The translations under genes and the position numbers were made by a program. 64,000 nucleotides of DNA, taken from Tubulanus polymorphus. Lineage: Eukaryota > Animalia > Nemertea. The notes under the pieces are model-generated. The model did no database searches and had not been told where the DNA came from. It was given only the letters and a program-made list of their open reading frames with translations. The stretch is taken from positions 4,216,001 to 4,280,000 of the forward strand of contig NC_134028.1 in the NCBI RefSeq assembly GCF_964204645.1, given 5' to 3'. Of this stretch, positions 8,401-20,620 are shown in pieces (within the stretch, counting starts at the first letter, position 1; every line of letters starts with the position of its first letter).

Positions 8401-11400
8401 CTGTGTCCAAAATGTCATTTTTTATCTCGGTTCTGAGATCTATGATTGTGGTGAATTTCAAGGTGATTGATTACTGCGTTGAATATTAAATTACCATAAT
8501 TGTCAAGCATTCCATCAGGTTGGCATGGGATCCCCAACTGTAAAGATTGATCTGCAAATCCCTGTTGTTGGGTTTTCAGGTTGAGACACTTTCATGTGTC
8601 GCGGGTACCCAGTAGGCCTATAATGATAATGATATAGGCCTATTGATATATTTTTGCCACCTAGACCCTACTAGTTAGTCCAACCACCACTTATCAACCT
8701 CCAGCAGCTCTGAATCAATGAAACCTGGATAATATTTCATATACCAGCAACTAGTGTCGTGAATAATTAATGTGATGGGTTTTTCTTTCATGACATTTAG
8801 TCAGCGCCAGCCGCGAGTCATCGTCGTTCCCGTTGTTGGTTTTGTATACATGACCGTATTTATGAAAGAAACATCTAAACCCTGTATAAACCCTGTAGCA
8901 GTTGTCGTAAATATTATTCGATGCTCGTTTCGAAATTGAATATGACTCATTTCGTGTCGCGCGATTATTATTACAACTGGCGATAATTTCTGTCGAGGAT
9001 TATGACCTAAAAGGGGGGCAGGATTTCGTTCGTTCGGGTGAATCAAGAAGAAATTCACTGCTGTAGCCTCTCGCGGTAAAAAAAGTCAGGGAACTTTGTT
9101 AAAGAAGAGCTAAAAAGTCAGGGAAATTTGACGAGATAGTTAGGTCTTACCTACGTATTTGACTGTGATCGAGTCGGGGAAAACAACGTGCGAGTCAGGG
9201 AATAGTCTGGGAGAAAGCAGGTCAAATCGAAGTGGCCACCCTGTGAAAATTTATACAGAATTATTCCAAAAAAGCCTAAGCATACATCAACAAAGCGACT
9301 GGAGACAACTAGTTGCTATTGAGCGAGTACCCCGCTCACATCGAAAATCTAATGGGGCACTCAGGTCGCCCTTACAACTGCAACTACAACTAGAAGCGAC
9401 TGGTTCGAGCAACTGGCAGCGATCGTCAGCGACTGGTTTTTTCCCAGTCGCAGCGACCTGAGCGCGTCTACAACTGACAGCGACGGGTCGGCGACGCAAA
9501 AACTGCCAGTCGCTATGAGTTGAACATGTTGAACTTTCAGCAACGCGTCGCAGCGACTACCACTAGTTGTACAGCGTTTTTGTCGACCTGAGCGCTACTG
9601 CAACTGATTTCCGCGTTGTAGGGAAGTACTATAGTCATTTTGAACAGATCACATGATCAATTGAACATGGGCGGCGCCATTTTGAACAGATCACATGATC
9701 AATTGAATCGCGCATAGCAGCGACGGTCGTAGGGCGACCTGAGCGCGCACTGATTAGCGTTGAACGTTTCAATCCCGTTGCTGCCGGTCGCTTCTAGTTC
9801 TAGTTGTAAGCGACCTGAGCGCGGTTACAACTCGTGGTCTTCAGTTGCGTCGCGTCGTAGGGCGACCTGAGTGCTGCTTAATGAAAACCAGCAACTGCGT
9901 GGCTCATGCCGGTCGCTAGGTCCAAAGCGCACACATCGGCAGCAATCTAGCAAAAATCTCGAATCACGTGATAAATTGCTTTGTTTTAGCCAGTTGCAAC
10001 CATGTGTTTTTGATTATGGAGCGCCCACATCGACGACGTATATGACAGCAACTGAGTACAACCAGTTGCTCAAAAGTAGAACATGGGCAACTGGCTGGAA
10101 CTGGAGATAGATGGAGGCTAACCAGTCGTAAGCTAGCTCACATCGACACGTTCGAGCAACTGATTGTATCCAGCCAGTTGCTCTCATGCGCCGAAAACTC
10201 CCCGGCAACTAGTTGTCTCCAATCGCAGTGTCGATGTAGGCTAGGCTTTAGAACTACAAGTGTTCATGATCTCGCTTCATTTTACAGGAAGCGATTGCGA
10301 GCGAAGGTACGAGTAAGAACCGCGGTTCGTCCGGTTCTACGTCGACGAACGTCTGTTCGAGTGAAATGTCGAAGTTGGCTCTCGATTTTCCCGACGATAC
10401 GAATACTCAGATATCCAACACGAAGATTACCCGCCGTCAGAAAGATGCTCGCCGTCCGTGGGACCAAACCCAAACAGTTACAGCTTTACACGTTCCAAAA
10501 GATGCTAAACAAGTGAGTATAGTTCCGGTAGAGACTTGTAAACAGGGGGAAGGGCTGACGGGGTGATCCGGGGGTCAGAACCCCCTCCTCAATGGCCAAA
10601 GATGGAATTAACATCCCCGCTTATGGTGTAGCGCGTACGCGCCTATCTATGACTCAATTCAGCCTCTGATGCCGGGTTATCACATCTTGGAGTTTCAAGT
10701 TTTAAAACATTGTCTGGGGGAGGCACCCAAACCCTCGCCAGATTGGTGCCAACTTATGTTTGCTTGATTAATGGAAATTGATGCAAATTCAGAATATCCC
10801 CTAATGGACTTCCATGTGTGCAACTGGCATTATCTTCAAACTGATGAAGGCGGCCAGTGCCTACAACCTTAGAACCCCTCCCCCTTGACAAAATCCACCC
10901 TTGGTTAAGTTAATTGATGCTGCATGTATAAAGTCAGTTGATACATAGTGTTTATTCAATGTATAAAGCATGTGCTTTCATGTCATAAATGGAATTAGAA
11001 ACAGGATGTTAGCACTTAGAATAATTCTGGGCATAGCTCTTTTTAGCCAGTTTAGTGGTATTAATCGCGTGGGTATTGTAATTGCCGTCCTTATAATTCT
11101 GGGCATGGCTCTTTTTCAGCCTATTTAGTGGTATTAATCGCGTGGGTATTGGAATTGTCATCCTTTGAGCTCAGCTGTCCACGGTTTGTCTGAGCCTGAA
11201 AAAAAACCCATTCGCCTTTATTATGGCATTGCCCGTTACCTCAGAATTAGGTCGGGCTGATGGAAACATTATTCTTGCCATCTAAGCACAAATTTGCATG
11301 TTGACTGTTTACCGTAGTTGAATACAGTTATGTATTATTGATGGTTTCTTGCTAAAGCTGACATCAGCCTTAGTGCTTTATATATTCTATCACTACATAC

Positions 11401-14400
11401 AGTACAGAGTTGTTTTATACTGGTATGTTTGCATATGCCAAGAATATAGGCTTTGACACAGTTTTTACTTCGTCTGAATGAACACCTAAAGCTAGAAGCT
11501 CAAATGGAAAACTCTTAAGGGAAATATTGCACTTACGCTCTTGAGCTGTTTTTGCTTTAGGGTGGATAAACTGTGATTTTTCTGACGACATTTTTCCGAC
11601 TGTTTCAGTTGTACACTGTTGTGAAAAATGTGAAAGAAGCTCACGAATGTCAGGAACACGGAGAAACCCAGGAGTTTTTTGACGACATCGAATATTTGTT
11701 AGCTGGACTCGACGCTACTCATTCCTTCACCACTCGATGTTTAAGGTATTATTTGATAATGCTGCACCTCACTAAACCCCTGGGTCCGGTTCCACAGTTC
11801 TAAGTTAAAATTTGACCCTGAGTTAACTCATTGAAAATGAACTAATTTTAACTCAGAGTTAACTCTAACTCACAACTGTGGAACTGGACCCTGTTGTTTC
11901 TATTCACACGGCTAATCTTTCGTTGTGTAATTTCAGCACTCTGAGTTTCGCGAACAAGTGTCTAATGCCAGCGTTTCGGATGCATTTAAGAGCGCACGGT
12001 ACGGTGACGAAAATATTTGGAGCCTTACTAAACGCCAGTGAAAATCCTGTAAGTATCTGATATGTTTGAGTCCTGAATCTAGCTGGTAATTGTTATAACT
12101 CAGTCGACGCTTTAAGCCTACTGCTGATAGATTCCCTGAGATCAAACTTAAAGAAAGATGCAATAACTGAGTGGTCAATCTAGAGCTCATGGGTTTTCCT
12201 AATATTAAACTCGTGGTGGCAGTGTCTTTCTTATCTCGATGGTTTAACTGTTTGCCTCCTCCTCAGCAGTCGGGAAAAGAAGGGTTCTCGCTGCTGATAA
12301 GAAATTTTATGATTTAGTCAGATTTTATGATTTAATCAGGGAATTTTAGGTGAAGGGTCGGGAAATTTCAATTTCTCTGATATGTAAGAATCCTAGAAAA
12401 AGCTACTTAAAGATATTTTCTAGAATTTTTGAAATATTTTTGTCGTTTTCACAGAGTTTGGCTTTGTCGACAGCTGCTATAATGTATATGATGAGCAGAG
12501 ATAGGATGAATATGGACGTCGATGTGCACACGTTAGAACTGATGATCAACCTGTTGAGTTTAGATATCAAAAAATCCGACAAACTCAACAGAAACGTCTG
12601 CAAAGATTACGAACGCATGAAACAAAAAGTGACTCTCGTCATCGAGCAGTTGAAAAAGGACGGCGGCGCGAAATCGATAGAACTCAGCGAAATATCGGTA
12701 AGTCAAACGAAACCGCTAAATTATTGAGAAATGCTCATTATTAATTCTCCAAAAGCACTGTTTACACTTGATCCATCATTGAAAAATCCTGTAAGACTTC
12801 AGGCGAATTTATCACGTCAAATTAACTTTGAGTTTAAGTAAAATCGTTTTTATCTTGTCATAATCAAATTTGATTTGGTCTAATTTTTGAATTTAACACG
12901 GCATCAAATTCAAATCGATTTGTCAAATCATCAAATCACCTCCGGAGGTGATTTGATACAATTTCTAGACAGTGGTTTTACAAATTTTTTTTGAAAAACT
13001 GTTGAAAAAAATGTCAAAACTGAAAGAGAAACCTGAAACTCATTCATAGGAAATAATATTTTAAAAGTGGGACAGTATTTTCTTTTCAGCCGTTTGGAAC
13101 GAGGCGTCAAATTCATCCTGTTGTGCAAATCTTATTTCATTAGATTACACGTGACTAGCAAATTATGATTAGGGAAATCAAATCTGATTTGACAAGATAA
13201 ATTCGCCTTTTGCCTCCGTATTTTTTGATAGAAACTTCTACATGAACCACTTCTGATTGCTTAGATTAGTTAGAATTTAGTTCATGAACTAGATAGTGTT
13301 ATCTGGTGTCAGTGATTAAAGTCAATGCGTTTGTCGCTGTGAGCAGCAGTGTTAGTAGCTGGCTAATGATTTTATACTCAACCGTGCAGAGAGCATTCTG
13401 CCCCATTTACTATATATGCATACGCACACTCGCTCAATGACAGCTACACTGTGTTCTAAACAATAATCAATAAAATGATTCGACATTCATCTGCATGAGG
13501 GCAGCACTTGGTGTAATATCCCGTCATTGAAAAGGCACTTGGTGAAAATTTACAGTTTAACACGATGCCAACTGTTAACCCTTTAAACTCGTAATGCAGT
13601 TGGTTCTGGCAGGGAATATCAGCACCAACTTATTCCGCCATTATGAGCCAGTGCAAACTGGTTCCCAGTTTATTTCTAAATGTAGCGTTATTGGTGTATA
13701 TTTTTTGGATGAATTTCAGACGGGAAATCTGGCAATGGAGACACTATTGAGTCTAACGTCTCGTCGAGCTGGTGATTGGTTCAAAGATGAAATGCGCCAC
13801 CTGGGGGGACTGGAACACATCGTCGACACAGGTTGGTTACATCGTTCTTCGTCGAATTATCGCACGGAATTCCTCGGAAAATATAGAAAATCCCAGACTA
13901 AGAATGAAAAGAAAAAGAGTATCGAACTAAGAAACATTTCCGACTTTCTTTTTCGTTCTTTGTTTTATATGGGATTTAGTGTTTTATCAATGGTTAATTG
14001 CTGGGAAATGATCGAAGTTTTTTGTTTTATCTTCAGTGAGTGAGTGTTCAGATGAACTCGATGAAAACTCGCTAGAAATTACGACCGTTACGATAGAACA
14101 TCTGAAAAAAATAGAACGATGTCTGCGCGTGCTTGAACATGTAAGTCAACGATTATACGATCTATTCATACCGACTTCAAGGTTTCATTCTGCCAAAGTT
14201 CAGGGTTGCCACTGACCTGGAAAAAATGAAAATTGAACTAATAATTTGTTGTTTTTCTTTTCAGGTAACATATCTCAATTCAGATAATCAAATGTTCCTC
14301 ATTTCATATAACACATCCGTACTTGTAAATTGTCTATGCATGTGAGTAAAACCTAGAAATGATAATTTCAGACGTTTATATTCTACTCATTTGTAAATGT

Positions 14401-17400
14401 ATTTGTATATCAATGGTCGTCAATTTCAGGTTGTTAAAGTTATGTATTCGATTATTAGCATTTAACAGTATTAATACAGATCTGGAATCGTCTAATAAGC
14501 CATCTCCAGTTCGTACCGTGTTGGACTGTCTGATGGCTGTGCTCAAGGTGCTATTAAATATTACTCATGATAATGGTAAGTAGCCGAGGCAGATTTCGGG
14601 GAGCCCAGGGGGGTTGGCCGGCCCTCCTTTGCCAAGATAACTCTTTTGCAGGATAATTTTGTTTTAGAATCACTCTTTGTTTCCAAATATTCTTGGCGAA
14701 GGGCCCAAATCCACCAAACCACCTCGCTCTTCATATGAACCTTAGTGTATATATATTCAACAAGGCCTACGGAGTTTTGGTACCCCTATTCTAATTTTCT
14801 GGTTCCGCCCTGAGTATCATTCTGCAGGCAACTTTCTAGAACTATTCATTAATGAGATTGTATTTTTTCGATGTTTATTTCAGAGTGGGGCAGTGCTAAA
14901 GTCGGCAGTCTAGACGGAATATTAGCGATAGTGTTAAGATGTACACAGACAGTGTCCGAATCACTTCCTCATGACGAGCAATTTGATCTGCTAGTGTTGG
15001 TATGTAAAAAAAGAGCCACATTCCAGTTGAAATTAGGAGCTAAAACTACAGGCTTTTCACGGATCAGGGAAAATCATGGAGTTCTCTTGAAATTCGGGGA
15101 ATTTGAATTTTTGGACTGTTGTTGTTGTTACCCCGATAGTTCTTAATAAGTTGACCCAGTAACGCAGTTGAATTCTAGTTTTCAAAAATGAATATTTGTT
15201 TTGGTCTCAGATATACCTTAAAAGGGAGAATTAGCTGATTTCACAGAGAATTAGCTGAAAAAAATTGTTATTCGATTTAATGAGATTCTCGGATGATCCC
15301 TCGAGTGCGTGCATTGTCATTTTCTTTTTGATTAAGTTCCCCGTGGGGCGCCATCTTTTCTAACGCTGTCTGAAAGTGACGTGCCCGAGTCGGAACACTC
15401 AGGGGGGGAAGTCTCGTGTTAGTGACAAGCCCGTAATAACCTGTCACTTGTTCGTAATCTTCACCGAAATTACTTGTCAGACGTTGACCGCGTGCGACGA
15501 GTTTTACAGCTAACTGTCCGTGATGATTGATGGTTGTAGTTAGCCGCGAAGGCCGCATTCAATACGACACCGCGGGCACACAGACTAATCGCCCGTCCTA
15601 GCGCCCGTGTTAGCGGGAGGGCATCGATCATGCCGAAAGTCAAACACGTTCGTCCAGACAGACGATTGATAGGCGTTTACCGCGTCGGGTTAAGTGGATT
15701 ATACGTTAAGTCCGAGTTTATCCAATCGACTGCCGTGACCGGCAAATATCTAACGATCAACGCTGATTTCGACGAAGAGACGTGAAAGATTATATTCTGT
15801 CATAAGATAAGATAACGAATCGAGTATTTTGATTGCCTTGTATTGAATTCACGTATATCAACTCTCAGTCGTACGATCATATTCGTGATGGTTCTAATTA
15901 TATTACAGACAAACCCGCTTAATGCGGATCATTTGGTACCGACGAAATTCATTCGGTTTATAAGATATTTTGATAAGACATATTTCACGTATGTTTATGT
16001 ATTGGGTGAAGTGCTAATCGCATCCAGATTCGATCAAAATCTGAATTAGACTGATCTAAATACGCTGTACAAGGGAACATGGTAATCATAGATCAGAAAA
16101 TCTAATCATTGACTAGATTTTGCTGGTGCCGGTGATCAGCAGAAAAATTAGTCGTATTGTCGGTAGATAATACGGAAATAAAAAGCTTCAGACTTCAAAC
16201 ATTCATCATTCGCTGTATTGTGATCAATGAATATTCAAAAGGTGTTGTATTCGTGGAGCTTAATTCGATACAATAGATTTGTTTAGTTCACCGCGTTCTG
16301 TACAGAGGTCTCTCGCGTCAGTTCTGTCAAATGCAGATCTTCTCATCTCCAGTTACTTCTATTGTTATGAATAATCGTCTAGAAATAAAGAGTGACGAAT
16401 GTATTATTGATAAGTCGAGGGATATGACGTAAGGTTATTTCTCATCTACGCTTGCCTTACAGTATAAAATGATATTTTGTATTTCAGAGTCTCGGTTTAT
16501 TGATAAATCTCACAGAACACAATGAAGCAAACAGACGTATGTTAGTGAATACATCGATTCTACTCGACCCTCTGGCTCCGACTCCGACTGATGAGGATGA
16601 CGAGCCGAACACCGTCGGAGCGTTACAGTTACTCACCTCCGTAAGTATTACTCTTGACAGACTGTTCTTCCGTCAATATCATTACCTTCAGGGCAAGACA
16701 TGAGGGTCTTCTTACCCTTTATTTGGGAAAATCAATCTTTATTTGTGCCCTATCAACAGAAAATATGCCCTTTTTTAAAATGTTCAGCTAAATTGGGCTT
16801 TGTTTGACAGAAAGTGGCTGTTTCACATTTTTTTAGCACAACATAGTTCTTTCAAATTATGTGCCACTCAAAATTGTGAAGTCTCATTAAAGACCCCTCG
16901 ATCCGCCCCTGATCACAGACAGGACTAACCACAAATAATCAGTCGATGATACGATGATTCTTGTGATATTTGTCAACACTCCTCCTGTAGAATTGTATCT
17001 CTATTTTTTCGCAGTTATTCAACCAAAAAGAGCAAGCCGCTTCACAATTAGAAGATTCGGTCAGTAAACCTAGCGCCGGCGCGGCAATGTCGGCAGATGG
17101 AGGCGCTGCTACTGCTGCCGCTGATGAGAGCGGGGAATGGCAGGAATCTGATTCCGGGTTACTATGGGTGATCGGTAAAAAGAAAAAGGGAGCCAACGGT
17201 GGAGAGGATGATGATAGCGACGATGAAAACCATATCGAAATCATTCCCAGCTCTCAAGAGGAAAATGAAAATTTCACTAAAGGTAGTGTGTTTTATAAAC
17301 GATGTTGGCCAGGATAGGAGCATTTTAAGGATCTTCCTGTATTTTGTTGTTCATAATGGCACCCTTTTCGTCCATATACATTCTATTGTACGTACGTAAG

Positions 17401-18898
17401 GCCAAAAAAAATTGATACCTTGTTTCTCCGCTCTGCTGAGCTTAAATGTTGACCCGGCCGGCCGCCTATCTACCCTATACATTACTTTTTTTTAAATCGT
17501 GATCAATTTCACCATAACAGACCCGGCCGCTATAGAAATGAACTGTTTATAAATTTTATCATATTTTACAAAAATGACCCGGCCGCTGCGGAGAAACAAG
17601 GTATCATTTTTGTTTAGCCTAAAGTTTGATTGTTCTTATCTTCTGGTTTGTAGCATTACACAAAGCTGGTAAACACATGGAGGACAGCATTGTAGCAGCT
17701 TACGCCGCATTATTACTAGGCTGTATCGTTCAGGACAACAGAGTATGTCAAATGAAAATGAAATCGATTAAAACACCGGGTGGCTGCTTAACTGGAAATC
17801 AGGGGAAAAGTCGGGGAATTTTCTTTTCTTTTCGAAAGTCAGGGAATAGTCAGAGAGTTTAGTACAAAAAAAGAAAATGCTGAAAATTTCTGGGAAAAGT
17901 CGGGTAAATTTGATGAGACTGCTAGAACGTGTATAATTTGCAATCAAGGAGTTTCCATTTATGATTTACCGTACGTATTTGACGGAGTTGCTCGATTAGA
18001 GTCTTAACAGATCAAGTCAGGGAAAATATTTTATATGATATTCAGGGAAAGGCAAGTGAAATAAAAGTGGCCACCACGTAAAACAATGTTACTTGTCGAA
18101 AAATGTACAATAATCACTGATTTTTATCGTGTAAAATGTGTTTATTTTCTAGATGTTGGTCGATCGTGTACGCAAGCACCTCCCCGACGGTAGTTTTGCA
18201 CCGATGGTAAAAATACTGATCAAATTCCTCGGATTCATCAATTTAACGGTGAGTACAAAACAACGCTAAACAAAACTGCGAAAAATGTTTCGTGGAGTTA
18301 CCGGTAACATTTACTCAATTATGATATTCATCTTCAGGAATACAACATGTTCTTCTGTCAATACTTCTGTATTCCTGAAGATGACTTATAGGATATACAT
18401 ACATGTAACATCAAATGAATTTTAGCTCAAGTAACATCTCGGATCTCTTTTATTCTCATTTTGGGATTTATGTTATTGTTTTACAACAATTGTTTTTCGA
18501 CTCGAAGTATTTCATCAATGTTACAGGGAAGCAAAAATGAATGAATTGTTAAATTTAAACCTAGAGATTTCTCTTAATTCACTTATGGGAATTTTGGGTA
18601 ATCACATGGAAAAATCAGGGATTTGTAAATGGGTGGAAAGTGGCTACCCTGACTTATGTAGTCAGTTGCTTTATAGACTACATGTAGCGCGTATTGTAGT
18701 AGTATGATCGTAACCAGTGGCAGCAGATTTTCCTCCCATTCATTCTTACAGCGCGACCGATAAACTCTCTCGTGTGATTAGTTGTAATTCATCGATTATC
18801 ATGAATTAATGATCAACTATATTTTCTTTCAGAGCGCAGTCAGTCAGGCCGGCACGAAATCTATAGCGAAAGTCATCGAAACGTTGGAATCTTTGTAA
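5405..18898 (+). CDS. WAPL: Wings apart-like protein, cohesin release factor (1161 aa, 16 coding exons)
   Basis: join(5405..6892,7374..7427,10288..10512,11609..11745,11937..12048,12455..12697,13720..13831,14037..14140,14265..14341,14430..14575,14884..14999,16488..16640,17015..17282,17654..17742,18153..18248,18833..18898); all introns GT-AG, phases consistent, 3486 nt. The N-terminus [11 protein letters not shown] carries the YSR motif, followed by KWGVTSF and [15 protein letters not shown]-domain motifs include [84 protein letters not shown] and [24 protein letters not shown]. Confidence 0.96.
6967..7228. mobile_element. piggyBac-type MITE
   Basis: TTAA|CCCTTTCCATGC ... GCACTGAAAGGG|TTAA, with repeated internal TACACCGC-N-GCGCGGTGTA palindromes. 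Confidence 0.85.
9273..10247. mobile_element. PIF/Harbinger-type non-autonomous element (outer element of a nested pair)
   Basis: Imperfect TIRs of about 45 bp: AGCCTAAGCATACATCAACAAAGCGACTGGAGACAACTAGTTGC and GCAACTAGTTGTCTCCAATCGCAGTGTCGATGTAGGCTAGGCT|TTA. Confidence 0.75.
9353..9878. mobile_element. PIF/Harbinger-type MITE nested inside the 9273-10247 element
   Basis: TAA|TGGGGCACTCAGGTCGCCCT ... AGGGCGACCTGAGTGCTGCT|TAA. It has about 5 internal CGACCTGAG repeats and a 30-bp direct duplication at 9636-9665/9678-9707. Confidence 0.75.
11021..11165. repeat. Tandem duplication, 2 copies of about 72 bp
   Basis: ATAATTCTGGGCAT(A/G)GCTCTTTT...TTTAGTGGTATTAATCGCGTGGGTATTG occurs at 11021 and 11093. 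Confidence 0.9.
11783..11890. mobile_element. Short Harbinger-type MITE (CWG target duplication)
   Basis: CTG|GGTCCGGTTCCACAGTT ... AACTGTGGAACTGGACC|CTG. Confidence 0.8.
12801..13208. mobile_element. MITE with an internal perfect palindrome
   Basis: TIRs AGGCGAATTTATC / GATAAATTCGCCT, and a 28-bp perfect palindrome ATCAAATCACCTCCGGAGGTGATTTGAT at 12930-12957. Confidence 0.65.
16689..16911. mobile_element. Degenerate CAG(G/T)GGCGGATCC-family (hAT-like) MITE
   Basis: The right end is GATCCGCCCCTG. Related ends occur at about 14586-14812, 28562, 50320-50592, 55365-55377 and 63055-63318. Confidence 0.5.
17400..17619. mobile_element. PIF/Harbinger-type MITE
   Basis: TAA|GGCCAAAAAAAATTGATACCTTGTTTCTCCGC ... 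GCGGAGAAACAAGGTATCATTTTTGTTTAGCC|TAA, with three internal GACCCGGCCG motifs. Confidence 0.85.
17777..18078. mobile_element. CAGGGTGGCCAC / GTCAGGGAA-repeat MITE family member
   Basis: The ends are CGGGTGGC..GTGGCCACC with repeated AAAGTCAGGGAA. Further fragments occur at about 4910-4960, 9080-9243, 12330-12370, 14201, 15050, 18590-18652 and 20693. Confidence 0.65.
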
Positions 18899-20620
18899 AC
18901 AACACGTGATTTTTAACGCGAATTTTGGCTTATCACTGGTGAATATATATGATTGTATATATATATATATATATACGACAGACAGGCAGCAAGGGGAACA
19001 CAATATGAAATACGTTAATGAGAGTAATTATTTTTGATAATGTTTGATGTGTACTGGACAGGATCCAGTTTCACAGTTTTGGGTGAAATTCGACCCAAGA
19101 TAAGGAGTCGTTGCTGGGTAATTTGGGCCGTTAGAACAGTATATCGCTTGTACAGATAATCCTTCACTGATTTAGTTCATTTCACTTTTTGTTGCATTAA
19201 GTATCCGTTTGAATATCGTGAATGAAATAAGCATCGTGTTCGTGCAATAGGTATGTCATCATTAATACTACAATGATTGTATTGTTTATATGCAAATGTT
19301 TGTTATATTTTGAAACAGATTGTTGGCATGCTGGTCTTGTTTAAAGTCCTTATTTCTCATTTGATATTCTACGTCGAGACTCATTTTAGAGATCAGTTTA
19401 CTAAATGGCGGATGTCTTAAGAGCTCGGTTGCACATTTGTGGCTTCTGTCCAAAAGTGGTCTTAGTGGACGTGAGTTAGACAGGGTTCAATTTTAATGTT
19501 TTGTTAGTTGAATTTATCGCCAGGATCGAGTTAAAAACTGGCATCTGCCTTTTCTCTTGTCGTCGGAATAATGCTCTTCGTTTTGGGGAATCCGCCTTTT
19601 CTTTTGCTGATCTTCTCGTGTAAATATATACCATACATAATTTATTCGAAGAAAAACCGATTTGTATCAATTATGTTTGTAAACATAGATCGGTTGTTGA
19701 CTATCGTGGATGTCTTGATTTTAGTTATCGGGCATGAAATTTCATACTTAGTGTATTATGATTTTCTGAGAAATTGATGCATATGATTAGATGATTAATG
19801 ATTTGATTTGTGTATGAATCGTGTTATTTTTGCTCGCATTGTTCAAGTCTTTATTCCGAGGTTTTAATGGCGTTAAGATGATTATATACTAGCAGTTACA
19901 AGTGGAATAATGAGCTGAAATTAATGCCAAGAATATATGAAATAATGCCAATAAACTTGCTCTTGATTACAGTCGCGCAGGTGAACAACTCAACTTAAGG
20001 AGTGTTGGGATTAGATGTTTCACCTGATTATAGAGTTGAATTTCAGGGAAAAATGGATTTTAAGTGATATTTGCCAACTTGAACGGGAGGATTTTACTGA
20101 ATTATTGTTATCGGTACCATCACGTCCTTGTATACCAATACTTTCACTCGGCTGTACTTCATTGCAATATTTTTTTTTCATTGTGTATGACAGGTTTTTT
20201 CATCCGAATTGCTATTGATCATCGAAATATAACCGTATCACTTCTCGTGAATACTGTAAATGTTAAAAATGTATGATTTCCAAAGAATTAAACTAAATTA
20301 GCCATAGATGTTTATACTGGCACTGCTTATTTCAAGATTTTCCAAATAATTGATCAATTACAATGTACCTATCAATAAGAAGCCATATTGCTCGCATTGG
20401 GCTTTTGAAAAGCTTTATAAATGTACATGAAAATAAAGCTTCGACATTGGTTTTTTGTTGTCTAAAATCAATGATATTGTACAAAAAAAACGTATTTTAA
20501 TGATGCATATATATTTGTGTAAATATGTCGCATTATTATAATGTCGCATTATATATAATGATTTTATGGAAGATGATTAGATGTAAATAGTAAATACAAT
20601 AAAATATTTCAAACATATGC
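18899..20620 (+). other. WAPL 3'UTR with poly(A) signal
   Basis: AU-rich sequence after the TAA stop. AATAAA at 20598-20603 is followed by a GT-rich downstream element. Earlier AATAAA signals occur near 19950 and 20432. Confidence 0.6.

Noticed and set aside
9159-10208. Cluster of 60-100 aa ORFs
   Set aside because: They fall within MITE sequence and show no transposase motifs.
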